Made by a program: the position numbers and the translations under genes | Assembly (NCBI GenBank): GCA_964623815.1 | Contig: CAZUVR010000002.1 | Coordinates: forward strand, 48,576 to 112,575 | Length of the DNA: 64,000 nt | DNA from: an uncultured bacterium | Lineage (GTDB): Bacteria; Cyanobacteriota; Cyanobacteriia; Cyanobacteriales; Microcystaceae | Reading direction: 5' to 3' | In this document: piece after piece, positions 29,820 to 39,614 of the stretch | Position numbering within the stretch: position 1 is the first letter of the stretch | Layout: each line of letters begins with the position of its first letter | Notes under the pieces: generated by a model | Told to the model about the DNA's origin: nothing | The model's database searches: none | Seen by the model: the letters and a program-made list of their open reading frames with translations, nothing else

Positions 29820-30197
29820 ATGCTCGACTTTTTCTGCAATCAGCCTAAAAGTAAAAATTGGCGATTTACCTATGTAGGAGGCGGAGATAGAAAGCCTTCA
29901 GACTCCACGCCTCAAAAAACCTTAGAATATCTGGTATTGAATGACGTGTCGATAGGCGAGTCCATTAAAATTATCTGCTACACCAATAGAGCCAGTAGCC
30001 TACATCTCCGTAAACTCGGCTTGAATCCTGGCGTATCTATTCAACTACTGAGCCGTAGTGCTAGCGGCTCCGTGATTATTTCCCTGAATAATCGACCTAT
30101 CGGTATAGGTGCGGATTTGGCCGCTCAATTAATCGTCAGTTGCCTTTTTGAAGGAAGTTGTGGTATCGATAATCAGAGAAATCAAGTATCGAGATAA
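29820..30197 (+). CDS. feoA: FeoA family protein
   Basis: 125 aa. The region LNDVSIGESIKII...RKLGLNPGVSIQLL...GSVIISLNNRPIGIGADLAAQLIV matches the FeoA SH3-like domain pattern. No feoB is adjacent. Confidence 0.7.
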   Translation: MLDFFCNQPKSKNWRFTYVGGGDRKPSDSTPQKTLEYLVLNDVSIGESIKIICYTNRASSLHLRKLGLNPGVSIQLLSRSASGSVIISLNNRPIGIGADLAAQLIVSCLFEGSCGIDNQRNQVSR

Positions 30198-30202
30198 CAA
30201 TC

Positions 30203-30571
30203 ATGGCGGATGCTAAAAACGTTTTAGGGCAAGATTTACAATCCTGCTGTACCTCACCAATGACAGGATTCTATCGAGACGGATTCTGTCGTACTGGCGC
30301 TCAGGATATGGGATCACACGTAGTTTGTGCCAGGATGACGGCAGAATTTTTAGAATTTTCTCGCTCTCGGGGTAATGATTTGATCACACCACAACCGATG
30401 TATCAATTTCCTGGTTTGAAGCCTGGGGATTGTTGGTGTTTATGCGCTTCTCGCTGGCAAGAAGCTTTGATGGCAGGGGTTGCTCCTCCCGTATTTCTCC
30501 ACTCCACCCACGCCAGGGCTTTAGAATATGTGACGCTCGATGAGCTTAAACAACACGCTCTCGATGCTTAA
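30203..30571 (+). CDS. DUF2237 family protein
   Basis: 122 aa with the conserved Cys pattern NVLGQDLQSCCTSPMTGFYRDGFC...VVCARMT...PGDCWCLCASRW. Confidence 0.65.
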   Translation: MADAKNVLGQDLQSCCTSPMTGFYRDGFCRTGAQDMGSHVVCARMTAEFLEFSRSRGNDLITPQPMYQFPGLKPGDCWCLCASRWQEALMAGVAPPVFLHSTHARALEYVTLDELKQHALDA

Positions 30572-30606
30572 TTGCTGAGCGACATACGACGAGTCTTATT
30601 AAACCC

Positions 30607-30791
30607 GAGTTCGGGATAAGATTTATCCGTGGGTTCGGGAATTGGGAATTAGGAGTTCGGAGGCGCGGGGTTTCCAATCCTTCATCAGGCGCTTCCTAAC
30701 CCGAGTCATGGATGAGATTTATCGATCCCCAATTCCTAATTCCTAACCCCGCGCCTCCCCAACCGATATAAATATTCCTTATCCCGAATTC
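30607..30791. mobile_element. MITE-like nested palindromic element (185 bp)
   Basis: The 14-bp terminal inverted repeats are gagttcgggataag and cttatcccgaattc. Internal nested inverted repeats are ggaggcgcggggtt / aaccccgcgcctcc and gggaattgggaattagg / cccaattcctaattccta. The ggaattagg motif recurs at 56785. Confidence 0.5.
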
Positions 30792-31016
30792 AGGTTAAAT
30801 TTATAGAGGTTTGTTAAGAAATTCATCGCTGTTAGTTTTACAAGAATTTAACATAATTGCTAAATTCTTGTTAAGACTTTCCCAAAGAAAGATGCTAAAG
30901 GTTATGCTTTGATCATAGAGACATCATCATCAATAGTTTACAAAAATAATTATTTTTTTGTAAAAATTTAGCATTGATTCTAAAGCACAATGTGAGACAA
31001 ATTGGTATAAAATGCC

Positions 31017-32984
31017 ATGAAAAAAATATTAAAGAGGATTAAATTAGGGGTATTGAGTACTTCTATTTTACTAGGATGTGGATTAAATAATTCTGCGGTT
31101 GCGAAAGTAGAAACAACAAAAATAGAAGTAAATAAACCGCAAATTCAAACGATGCAATTAGTACCAGGTTGGAGTGCCTTACCAGTAGTATTTATCGGCG
31201 GAGTGATATTATTTTCCTTCGGCACAGGTTTGGTGGTGATCAGTGAAAAAGAAGTAGGAATCGTGATCAAAAAAGTCTCTTTCGCTAGTAAAAGATTACC
31301 ACCAGGAAGATTGATCGCGCTAAACGGAGAGGCAGGTTATCAAGCGGATACCCTCGCCCCCGGGTGGCACTGGGGTTACTGGCCCTGGCAGTATACGGTT
31401 AAAAAAGAACCGATGATTACGGTGAATCAGGGTAATATTGCCCTCATAGTAGCTAACGACGGCGCTCCCATACCGCCCCAGAGAATTCTCGGTAAAGTGG
31501 CTAAGTGCGATAACTTTCAAGACGCGAGAAAGTTTCTCACCGAGGGGGGCGAAAAGGGTAGACAGATGGGATTTCTCACCGCTGGCACCTACCGCATCAA
31601 TACCGCCCTATTTAAGGTGATTACTTCGGAAACGGCGACGAAAAACGGCATGACACCGGATCAATTGAAGGTGCATAATATAGGGAGCGATCGAGTCGGT
31701 ATCATCACTACTCTAGACGGCGTATCCATCCCCGCCGGAGAAATCGCCGGGCCAGTAATAGAGGGGCACGATAACTTTCAAAACGGAGAGAAGTTCATCC
31801 ACGCTGGCGGTGCTAGGGGATTACAGGAACAAATTCTCCTTTCTGGCTCCTGGAATCTTAACCCCTGGTTCGTACAGGTGGAACAGGTGCCGATGACAGA
31901 GATTCCTATAGGATATGTGGGGGTGGTTATATCATACGTGGGTAGAGCGCACGAAGACGTGAGCGGAGATGCTTTCACTCACGGCGATTTGGTTCGCCCC
32001 GGACATAAGGGTGTTTGGACGGAGCCGTTATATCCCGGTAAACATCCCCTCAATACCAAGGTGATGAAAGTGGAATTGGTGCCCACTACTAATATCGTTC
32101 TTAACTGGTCTAGCAGAACCGAACGCCATCGTTACGATGACAAGTTAGAATCTTTAGTGGTGCGCTCTCAAGATGGTTTCGCTTTCGATCTCGAAATCGC
32201 TCAAATCATTCATGTAGGCGCTTTAGATGCACCTAAAGTTATCTCCCGCGTCGGTTCGATGCAGAACCTTGTCGATCATGTATTGGAGCCGACTATCGGC
32301 AATTATTTCCGCAATTCTGCACAGGATTACACTGTCTTAGACTTCCTCAGCGCCCGGAGCGAGAGACAGACGGAAGCAGCGGAGTTTATTAAAGCCGCTC
32401 TGAGAAGTTATGATGTGCAGGCTATCGATACTTTAATCGGCGATATTCATCCCCCTGCAGAATTGATGCAAACTCAAACTGAGCGTAAGATAGCCGAGGA
32501 GCAGAGGAAAACCTACGAGGTGCAACAGATGGCCCAAACTCAACGCCAGAAACTCGTTAGGGAAACTTCATTGGCGGATATTCAGCAGGAGATGGTGAAA
32601 TCCGAGCAGAGCGTACAGATGGCTGAGTTGAAAGCTAACGCGGCGATTAAACAGGCTACCGGGGAAGCGGAATCGACTCGCCTCAAAGCTAACGGGGAAG
32701 CGGAAGCGATTCGAGCCACCGGTAAGGCTAAAGCCGATAGTTACCGCGCTGGGGTAGATGCTCTAGGCTCTCAAGGATATACGGCTATGCAGTTGATGCA
32801 GATTATCGGTGAGCGCGGCGTGCGCCTCATCCCCGATGTTCTCGTGAGCGGTAATAATGGCGGTAATAGTCTTGTGGATGGTTTGTTAACGATGCTACTC
32901 TGGAATCAATCGGGTAAATCCCCCGCCGATTCCCCTGTTTCTGGATTGCCCCCGGTGGAATTGAAAAATAATCATAAGTCATAA
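31017..32984 (+). CDS. flotillin / SPFH (band-7) family protein with N-terminal lipoprotein-like extension
   Basis: 655 aa. There is a TM helix WSALPVVFIGGVILFSFGTGLVVI followed by an SPFH domain. The C-terminal Ala/Glu/Gln-rich coiled coil (AEEQRKTYEVQQMAQTQRQ...ANGEAEAIRATGKAKADSYRAG) is typical of flotillin/YqiK. The first 45 aa carry a lipobox-like LLGCG. The real start may be the Met at 31152. Confidence 0.75.
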   Translation: MKKILKRIKLGVLSTSILLGCGLNNSAVAKVETTKIEVNKPQIQTMQLVPGWSALPVVFIGGVILFSFGTGLVVISEKEVGIVIKKVSFASKRLPPGRLIALNGEAGYQADTLAPGWHWGYWPWQYTVKKEPMITVNQGNIALIVANDGAPIPPQRILGKVAKCDNFQDARKFLTEGGEKGRQMGFLTAGTYRINTALFKVITSETATKNGMTPDQLKVHNIGSDRVGIITTLDGVSIPAGEIAGPVIEGHDNFQNGEKFIHAGGARGLQEQILLSGSWNLNPWFVQVEQVPMTEIPIGYVGVVISYVGRAHEDVSGDAFTHGDLVRPGHKGVWTEPLYPGKHPLNTKVMKVELVPTTNIVLNWSSRTERHRYDDKLESLVVRSQDGFAFDLEIAQIIHVGALDAPKVISRVGSMQNLVDHVLEPTIGNYFRNSAQDYTVLDFLSARSERQTEAAEFIKAALRSYDVQAIDTLIGDIHPPAELMQTQTERKIAEEQRKTYEVQQMAQTQRQKLVRETSLADIQQEMVKSEQSVQMAELKANAAIKQATGEAESTRLKANGEAEAIRATGKAKADSYRAGVDALGSQGYTAMQLMQIIGERGVRLIPDVLVSGNNGGNSLVDGLLTMLLWNQSGKSPADSPVSGLPPVELKNNHKS

Positions 32985-32986
32985 AT

Positions 32987-34300
32987 TTGAACTGTTTGAA
33001 TGAGTCCGCTATCTGGATATTATTGGAGGATATATTAGGGGAGTTGAAGGGCTTACAGAATACATCTTCGGTGTACGCCTATATTAACCCCCGCAATATC
33101 ATCGAGGCAGGCGGACGTTACTTTCTGCGTCGAGGAAATGATATTTATCGAGACTCCGCAGAGTATATATACGTCTACGAGGGTGAAAAATTTTCCTGGC
33201 GATCGGACTTATACAGTTTAGGTGTCACCTGTCTGCATCTTCTAACAGGAGTATCGCCCCTCGATCTGTATAGAGATGGACAGTGGATATGGCGGGATTA
33301 TCTGCTCGAACCAGTAAGCGAGTTTTTGGGCAAGACGATCGATCGTTTATTACAACCGGAGCGCTGGCAATCTCTCGATGAGGTGTTAACCGTCGTTAAA
33401 CAAGCCCGGGGCGTTAATTACCCTACCATGTCGGCTAAAGATAAGGAAATTATAGAGCCGGTATCTAGTTTATCTATCGGCTCCGGGGTAACGGCTCTGG
33501 CTTGCGGCAATCAATCTCTGGCGGTGGGTAAGAGCGACGGCACGATCGATATTTATGATCAAAAGACGCGGCGGTTAAAGTTTATTTTAAAAAGTCACGA
33601 TCGATCGGTCACTTCTCTCTCTTTCAGTGTCTATGGTTTAATATCTGGGAGCGAGGATCGATCGATCCGACTATGGGATATAGATACAGGGCAACTCCTC
33701 CGTACTTTTTCCGGACACACACGCAACGTTACCGCAGTAGCCTCGTGTCAAGACGGGAGCGGTTTTATTAGCGGCAGTTGGGATAAAACGATTAAGCTCT
33801 GGGATTTGAATTCCGGTCAGATGAGGTGTAGTTTGCTAGGGCATCGATCTCAGGTTAATTGTCTCGCGGTTGCCTCGGAATGGTTAGCCACCGGAGATAG
33901 CGATCGACTTATTTATATCTGGCGCTTATCCTCTCCTCCCCAGTTATGGCGGACTTTGAAGGGACATACTCGCTCGATTTCAGCACTAACTTTTAGTGCT
34001 GATGGGCAATTTTTAAGTTCTGGTAGTGCTGACAATAGTATTAAGGTCTGGGATAGAGCCAGCGGCGAGATGTTGCATACTTTTTCCGGACATTCCTGGC
34101 CAGTGGTAGCTCTGACTTTCACAAGGGGATATTTATTGAGCGGCAGTTGGGATAAAACCCTCAAACTCTGGGATGTGGAAAAGCATCAACTTCGGTCTAC
34201 TTTTAGAGGCCATCAAGATGCCGTAACATCTCTGACTGTCAAAGATAATTTAATCCTCAGCGGAGGAACCGACGGAATCGTTAATTACTGGATTTATTGA
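32987..34300 (+). CDS. WD40-repeat protein with N-terminal degenerate Ser/Thr-kinase C-lobe (pseudokinase fragment)
   Basis: 437 aa. The N-terminal ~140 aa align to the kinase C-lobe (SDLYSLGVTCLHLLTGVSP corresponds to the subdomain IX DxYSLGVxLYELLTG), but HRD, DFG and the whole N-lobe are missing. About seven WD repeats follow (LSGSWDKTIKLWD and similar). Confidence 0.75.
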   Translation: MNCLNESAIWILLEDILGELKGLQNTSSVYAYINPRNIIEAGGRYFLRRGNDIYRDSAEYIYVYEGEKFSWRSDLYSLGVTCLHLLTGVSPLDLYRDGQWIWRDYLLEPVSEFLGKTIDRLLQPERWQSLDEVLTVVKQARGVNYPTMSAKDKEIIEPVSSLSIGSGVTALACGNQSLAVGKSDGTIDIYDQKTRRLKFILKSHDRSVTSLSFSVYGLISGSEDRSIRLWDIDTGQLLRTFSGHTRNVTAVASCQDGSGFISGSWDKTIKLWDLNSGQMRCSLLGHRSQVNCLAVASEWLATGDSDRLIYIWRLSSPPQLWRTLKGHTRSISALTFSADGQFLSSGSADNSIKVWDRASGEMLHTFSGHSWPVVALTFTRGYLLSGSWDKTLKLWDVEKHQLRSTFRGHQDAVTSLTVKDNLILSGGTDGIVNYWIY

Positions 34301-34332
34301 CTCTTGTTTTTTCTTCCGCATTCCCTTATCAT

Positions 34333-34352
34333 TAAAATGATAATCATTCTCA
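34333..34352. promoter_or_regulatory. putative Zur (Fur-family) box upstream of znuA
   Basis: aaatgataatcattctcatt contains the near-palindrome TGATAATCATT typical of Zur/Fur operators, about 60 nt upstream of the znuA start. Confidence 0.5.
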
Positions 34353-34410
34353 TTACTAGCCGGTGAGTAAGTAATAAAGAAAAAATATTGAAGAATAAAG
34401 GCGACGACAA

Positions 34411-35514
34411 ATGAGCGAAGGTAAAGAAGAGAAAACGGGGAGATGGACAAGGCGTTTTAAGGGTGTGTCACTCGGGCTTCTATCAACCGTGGCTGTGAGT
34501 TTAAGCGGTTGCGAGACACAAGCCCCATCGAATAATGTAGAGACACCAGGAGAAACTGCTTCACCGGTGGCGACGACGGAGAAGAAATTAAGGGTGGTGA
34601 CGACATTTCTGCCGATAACTTTATTTACTAAAGCAGTGGCGGGCGATCGAGCAGAAGTAACACAATTATTACCAGTGAACGTCGGGCCTCACGACTATCA
34701 AGCTAAACCGGAAGACATCCGCCCCCTATCTAAAGCAGATGTACTGGTTAAAAACGGTTTAGAGATGGAATCATTTCTCGATAGTTTAGTTAAAAGTGCC
34801 AGTAACGCCAATTTAAAAATCATTGATTCTAGTCAGGGAGTTAAAACGATCACTACCGCATCCATAGAAGGGGATAACCACAGTCACGAGCATGAAACTG
34901 GACACGAACACGGTGAATACAATCCCCACATCTGGCTAGATCCGAAACGGGTTATCATACAAGTGAAGAATATTAGGGATGGATTGATCAAAGCCGATCC
35001 TTCGGGGAAAGAAGTTTATACTACCAATGCGGCGGCTTATATCGAGAAATTAAAAGCTCTAGACGCAAAAGCCAGCGAGAGACTCAAATCTTACGGGGGT
35101 AAAAGCTTCGTCGCGTATCACGATTTTGCCCCCTACTTCGCTCAAAGTTACAACCTGAAAGCTGATTTTTTAGTAGATGTACCGGAAGAAAACCCGACAC
35201 CCGGCGATGTCAAGCGGGTAATGGAAACGGTGAAACAGAGCAATCTAAAAACCTTACTAGCCGAACCGCAAGAGGGGGCTGAGGGATTCGCGGCCCTGGC
35301 GAAAGATCTTAATGTGCGGATTAGCACTTTTGACGCGATGGAGACGGGGGATAGTAAAGCCCTGCAACCGGATTATTACATCGACACCATGCAGCAGAAT
35401 ATTGAAAACCTCGTTAACGCTTTCGGCAAAGATAACCAACAGTCTTTTTTTAGGCGGGAGTCTTTGCCTGGCCTATTACCGCTAGATGTCCGAATTATAG
35501 GAAAAGTAGGGTAA
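34411..35514 (+). CDS. znuA: zinc ABC transporter substrate-binding protein
   Basis: 367 aa with a signal peptide and cluster-9 SBP fold. The His/acidic-rich loop GDNHSHEHETGHEHGEYNPHIW is diagnostic of ZnuA-type zinc binders. Confidence 0.85.
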   Translation: MSEGKEEKTGRWTRRFKGVSLGLLSTVAVSLSGCETQAPSNNVETPGETASPVATTEKKLRVVTTFLPITLFTKAVAGDRAEVTQLLPVNVGPHDYQAKPEDIRPLSKADVLVKNGLEMESFLDSLVKSASNANLKIIDSSQGVKTITTASIEGDNHSHEHETGHEHGEYNPHIWLDPKRVIIQVKNIRDGLIKADPSGKEVYTTNAAAYIEKLKALDAKASERLKSYGGKSFVAYHDFAPYFAQSYNLKADFLVDVPEENPTPGDVKRVMETVKQSNLKTLLAEPQEGAEGFAALAKDLNVRISTFDAMETGDSKALQPDYYIDTMQQNIENLVNAFGKDNQQSFFRRESLPGLLPLDVRIIGKVG

Positions 35515-35524
35515 TTATAGAGAG

Positions 35525-36289
35525 GTGGACTTGCAAGATATAGTATTATCGGTTCGGAACCTCAGCGTTTATCGTTCTGGGGTGGCTACGGTGGAAAACG
35601 TTTCCTTCTCATTGAAGGCGGGTACGGATACGGCTTTAGTGGGCCCGAATGGGGCGGGAAAAACTACATTAGTCGGCGCTATATTAGGTATCGTCCCCAA
35701 GAAGACGGGAGAGATTGTCTTTATGGGGCAATCCCTCGATAGGGGAGGGATTCGAGCGCGGCAGGATATAGCCTATCTACCGCAGAATTGCCTCTTCGAT
35801 CGACGTATTCCTATGACCGTAGAGGAGTTAGTGGGTTTAGGATGGGATAAATTAAGCCCTAGCTTGCCCTGGTTGAATTATCGTCAGCGACGAGGGGCAG
35901 TTAGGGAAGCTCTAGCACGAGTTAACGCATTTCACCTGCGCCATCAGTCTATCAGCAATCTATCGGGAGGTGAAACCAAACGGATTTTACTGGCTTACTG
36001 TCTCGTCTTGCCGAGGAAATTACTTATACTCGACGAAGCCCCGGCGGGATTGGATGTTAAAGGGGAGTTGGAGTTCTATCAAATGTTATATCAACTGAAA
36101 GAGGAACGGGGATGGACTATCCTACAAATATCCCATGACTTCGATATGGTGAGTCGTTACTGCGATTATGTTCTCTGTCTCAACCGCAGTTTACTCTGTC
36201 AGGGAAAGCCCGAGGTAGTATTATCGCCTGCTAATCTCTCCCTCGCCTATGGTGCCGAATTCGTTCCCTACAAACACAATCATCGATGA
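35525..36289 (+). CDS. znuC: zinc ABC transporter ATP-binding protein
   Basis: Walker A is GPNGAGKTT, the ABC signature is LSGGETKRI and Walker B is LILDEAP. Alternative (TTG) start. Confidence 0.85.
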   Translation: MDLQDIVLSVRNLSVYRSGVATVENVSFSLKAGTDTALVGPNGAGKTTLVGAILGIVPKKTGEIVFMGQSLDRGGIRARQDIAYLPQNCLFDRRIPMTVEELVGLGWDKLSPSLPWLNYRQRRGAVREALARVNAFHLRHQSISNLSGGETKRILLAYCLVLPRKLLILDEAPAGLDVKGELEFYQMLYQLKEERGWTILQISHDFDMVSRYCDYVLCLNRSLLCQGKPEVVLSPANLSLAYGAEFVPYKHNHR

Positions 36290-37107
36290 ATATTCAAGCA
36301 ATAGTGGAACTTTTGCAACTGCCCTTCATGCAGAGAGCCATGATAGGGGGTATTTTAGCGGGATTAACGGGGGGGCTACTGGGTAGTTTTACGATTCTAC
36401 GTCAGCTATCTTTTTTCAGCGATGCCCTGGGACATTCCGCCCTCCTAGGCATCACTATTTCTTTGCTATTTGGACTGAATCCCTCGACTTTGTTATATCC
36501 TTTCGCGGTTATTTTCGCCCTGACGATTAATTATTTATTGCAACGAACTCGACTTTGGACGGATGCTCTACTTAATATTGTCTATTCTTCTTCTCTGGCA
36601 ATCTCTATTATTATTTTGAATTTTGTCGGACGTTATAAGGGGGGAATCAATAATATATTATTCGGAGATATTTTAGCGATAACTTATACGGATTTGATTT
36701 TGACCGCCTTATTTTTGATTATCTGTGTTGTCTTCATCGCTTTTACTCTTAGGACACAGATGTTATTAACCCTGTCAGAAAATTTAGCGATCGCTCGTGG
36801 TATTAATAATACAGTTTATAGCAATATATTTATAGTTTTATTGGCGTTAGTGGTAGCTATTTCTATTAAAGCTCTGGGAATTTTATTAGTCAGTGCTTTC
36901 GTTGTTATTCCCGCCTGTACCGCTAGATTGTTAGGTAAATCTTTTATTAATTACGTATTATATTCGTCCGCATTGGGGGCCTTGAGCGCTTTCGTGGGGA
37001 TGTTAATATCGGCGGCGCTCAATCTCCCCTCGGGGCCGAGTATCGTCGCTACTCAGTTGATGCTTTTTTTAAGCGCGGTGTTATGGTTTTCGGTTTTTCG
37101 CCCCTAA
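36286..37107 (+). CDS. znuB: zinc ABC transporter permease
   Basis: 273-aa polytopic ABC-3 permease overlapping znuC by 4 nt. Confidence 0.85.
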   Translation: MNIQAIVELLQLPFMQRAMIGGILAGLTGGLLGSFTILRQLSFFSDALGHSALLGITISLLFGLNPSTLLYPFAVIFALTINYLLQRTRLWTDALLNIVYSSSLAISIIILNFVGRYKGGINNILFGDILAITYTDLILTALFLIICVVFIAFTLRTQMLLTLSENLAIARGINNTVYSNIFIVLLALVVAISIKALGILLVSAFVVIPACTARLLGKSFINYVLYSSALGALSAFVGMLISAALNLPSGPSIVATQLMLFLSAVLWFSVFRP

Positions 37108-37155
37108 GCTTTAGGAAAAAGGTTCAACTCCTGGGGCGTTGTTAAATGATGCTTT

Positions 37156-37824
37156 CTAATCCCACCAAAAATATAAAGTGTCGTCCGAGGCCAAACGCTC
37201 CGCTAGAATATCCACTGAACCGCAACCTTGATCGACAATATCGCAGCAGAATTCGTACATCCGTTGAGCTAATCGTTGCGGCTCCCGCACCGGGGTTAAA
37301 AATCTGCCCGCCAGGGTGTCGTGAGCGACGCAGGTGAGAACGAAAGGCTGTTCGACTTCTAACTCCTTCAACCATCGCACCACATTACCCGGGCCGATAC
37401 CGTAGTTACAACCGTTGGTTTGATGTAACGCGATCGCATCGTACTTATCACCGGTGGGTAGGATACAGAGCTTTTCCGGTCCGGTACCGAAATTCCTCCC
37501 CAGTTCGTAGACGAAAAATCCTCGCTCCAAAAACCGTCTTTGTAGTTCCTCGGTGTTGATGTCTCCCCGGCGTTTGCTGTTGACGTGAACACAAACCCAG
37601 CCGGGCGTGTCGTACATATCGACTGGTGAGCTGCCGCAAAGTTCAGCCAGTTCTCGTATCGCTCGATCGTACTCGGGATTTCGAGCCGCTACGGATAAAT
37701 CGGGCTGGGGTAATCCCTCGTAGTCATCTTGTTCATCTTCTAGGTCATCCGGGTCGATTTCATCCGGATCGATTTCTGGCTCAACCCTCTTGTAATCGCT
37801 CAAGTCAATTCCCTTGTATAGCAA
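37156..37824 (-). CDS. hypothetical acidic protein (possibly DUF4253 family)
   Basis: 222 aa with a highly acidic N-terminus (DPDEIDPDDLEDEQDDYE) and a Cys-containing C-terminal globular part. The family assignment is from memory only. Confidence 0.35.
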   Translation of the reverse strand: MLYKGIDLSDYKRVEPEIDPDEIDPDDLEDEQDDYEGLPQPDLSVAARNPEYDRAIRELAELCGSSPVDMYDTPGWVCVHVNSKRRGDINTEELQRRFLERGFFVYELGRNFGTGPEKLCILPTGDKYDAIALHQTNGCNYGIGPGNVVRWLKELEVEQPFVLTCVAHDTLAGRFLTPVREPQRLAQRMYEFCCDIVDQGCGSVDILAERLASDDTLYFWWD

Positions 37825-37854
37825 TCCGATCTGATTTGTGAGAATTTATCAGGG

Positions 37855-39351
37855 TCAAAACCTGACACCGTCTGAAATTCTTCTCATGACTGACTTAGGA
37901 TTGCTATAGTCCTGTAGCAATGAGAGGATTTCCCGACGGCCGTACAGTTCGGCTAAAGATACGGCGGTGTCTCCATTGCGATCTCTAACGGTTACGTCGG
38001 CCCCCGCGTCGATTAAAAAGCGTGCTATTTCGATCGCACCCTGTTCACAGGCTAGAAGGAAGGGCGTACTACCATAGGTTCCGGGGGCGTTGACATCTGC
38101 TCCCCCAGCTACTAAAGCCCGAACCGCGTCGGCCTGTTTATTAACTACGGCTAAATTCAGTGTTGTACATTCCAGGTTATCTTTATGATTTGGGTCGGCA
38201 CCCCCTCGCAACAGGGTTTTAACTATATCAGTTTCTCCCGTAGCGGCCGCAACCATCAAGGCCGTCCTACCCAGGGTGTATCCCATACTCTCGATCGTTT
38301 CTGGGCCCGTATGTTCTAATAAAGAGCGGAAATTGTTTTTAACTTCCCCCGGCGAGTCCGTTAGATTCGGATCGGCCCCCGCATTCAATAACATTTCCAC
38401 TACGGGCAAGTGTCCACCTTTGGCAGCTAACATTAACGTGGTTCGGTTTTTCGTTTGACGACGGGAATCGCGCCAGTTCACCTGCGCGCCCCGTTGCAAA
38501 CAATCTCGCACCCCGTCAACGTCACCTTTTTCGGCGGCTAGTAAAAGTTCCTGATTCACATCGATGCTGATTTCTTTGACCCCGAAGCGCACCAGAACTT
38601 TCAATACATCGGTACTTGTGTTTTGTCGCGCTCGATCGTAGGCCGATAAACCTTCGCCGTCTCGACGGTAGGGATCGGCTCCAGCTTCTAGTAGGGAGGC
38701 TAAAGCTTCGGCGTGACCTAGACGGGCGGCGATTATAACCGGGAAAGTATCGAGGGCCATTGTCTCCCTCGCTCTAATATTAGGCACAAAAGTATTAGCA
38801 TCCGCTCCCGCATCTAACAAGGCCCCGATTAATATGGGGCAACCTTGAGCCGCAGCCGTCGCTATAGGTGGAACGTGACCGAATAGGGAAGTGAGATTCG
38901 GGTTCGCCCCGGCGGCTATTAGTTTCAGAGCGATGTCGGTATGACCTTGTTCGATCGCGCTTAGAAGTGGTGTGCCGATAGTATTGCCATAATCCACATC
39001 GGCACCTGCGGCGATCAATAATTCAACGATTTCCGTGTACCCACCCCGCGCGGCCGCTTGCAGGGGTGAACCTGAATAGGTTTTAACGTTTAAATCCGCC
39101 CCTTTTGCGATCAATGTCTGCACCGCCTTAACGCGTCCGGTAAGAAGCACCCAAACCAGGGAGTGTTTTATTTCTGGGTCTTCGGCGCCGGCTTCGATCA
39201 AAGCGCATTTTATATCATCGGCTCCGTGGGGCACCGCTTCATAGGCGCTCTTGCCTCCTCGACGGGCGTTAGCATCAGCCCCGGCGGCCAGTAATTCTTC
39301 AACCTGCGATAAATTTTTCGATGCGATCGCCGCAAATAGCTGCTCATCCAT
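37855..39351 (-). CDS. ankyrin-repeat protein
   Basis: 498 aa with at least 12 consecutive 33-aa ANK repeats (G.TPLH.AA..GH..IV.LLL..GADVN pattern throughout). Confidence 0.9.
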   Translation of the reverse strand: MDEQLFAAIASKNLSQVEELLAAGADANARRGGKSAYEAVPHGADDIKCALIEAGAEDPEIKHSLVWVLLTGRVKAVQTLIAKGADLNVKTYSGSPLQAAARGGYTEIVELLIAAGADVDYGNTIGTPLLSAIEQGHTDIALKLIAAGANPNLTSLFGHVPPIATAAAQGCPILIGALLDAGADANTFVPNIRARETMALDTFPVIIAARLGHAEALASLLEAGADPYRRDGEGLSAYDRARQNTSTDVLKVLVRFGVKEISIDVNQELLLAAEKGDVDGVRDCLQRGAQVNWRDSRRQTKNRTTLMLAAKGGHLPVVEMLLNAGADPNLTDSPGEVKNNFRSLLEHTGPETIESMGYTLGRTALMVAAATGETDIVKTLLRGGADPNHKDNLECTTLNLAVVNKQADAVRALVAGGADVNAPGTYGSTPFLLACEQGAIEIARFLIDAGADVTVRDRNGDTAVSLAELYGRREILSLLQDYSNPKSVMRRISDGVRF

Positions 39352-39614
39352 AAGTTTTCAAAACCGATCGATATTTTTAGTGTACCCATCTATAATTGAT
39401 CGTTGACTTAATTACAAAACTGATTATTTAACCCGGCGGCGAATCAATTCGCCGCTGGGCCGAATACGTAGTTTTTGGTTTGCGGATTTAGTCTGAATAG
39501 TTCTGTATATACTTTCGGAGAAAGTTTCAATAATCAGTGTCTTTATGTGATTTTAGATTGTGAAATGGGAATATTAAAGCCAAGTAGATTTTATAGGCTC
39601 AATTTTCCCGTATC

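Noticed and set aside
37142-37841. Several 60-77-aa ORFs overlapping the DUF4253-like gene on both strands
   Set aside because: They are Arg/Pro-rich shadow frames of a GC-richer gene. The 222-aa frame is the only one with a plausible protein composition.
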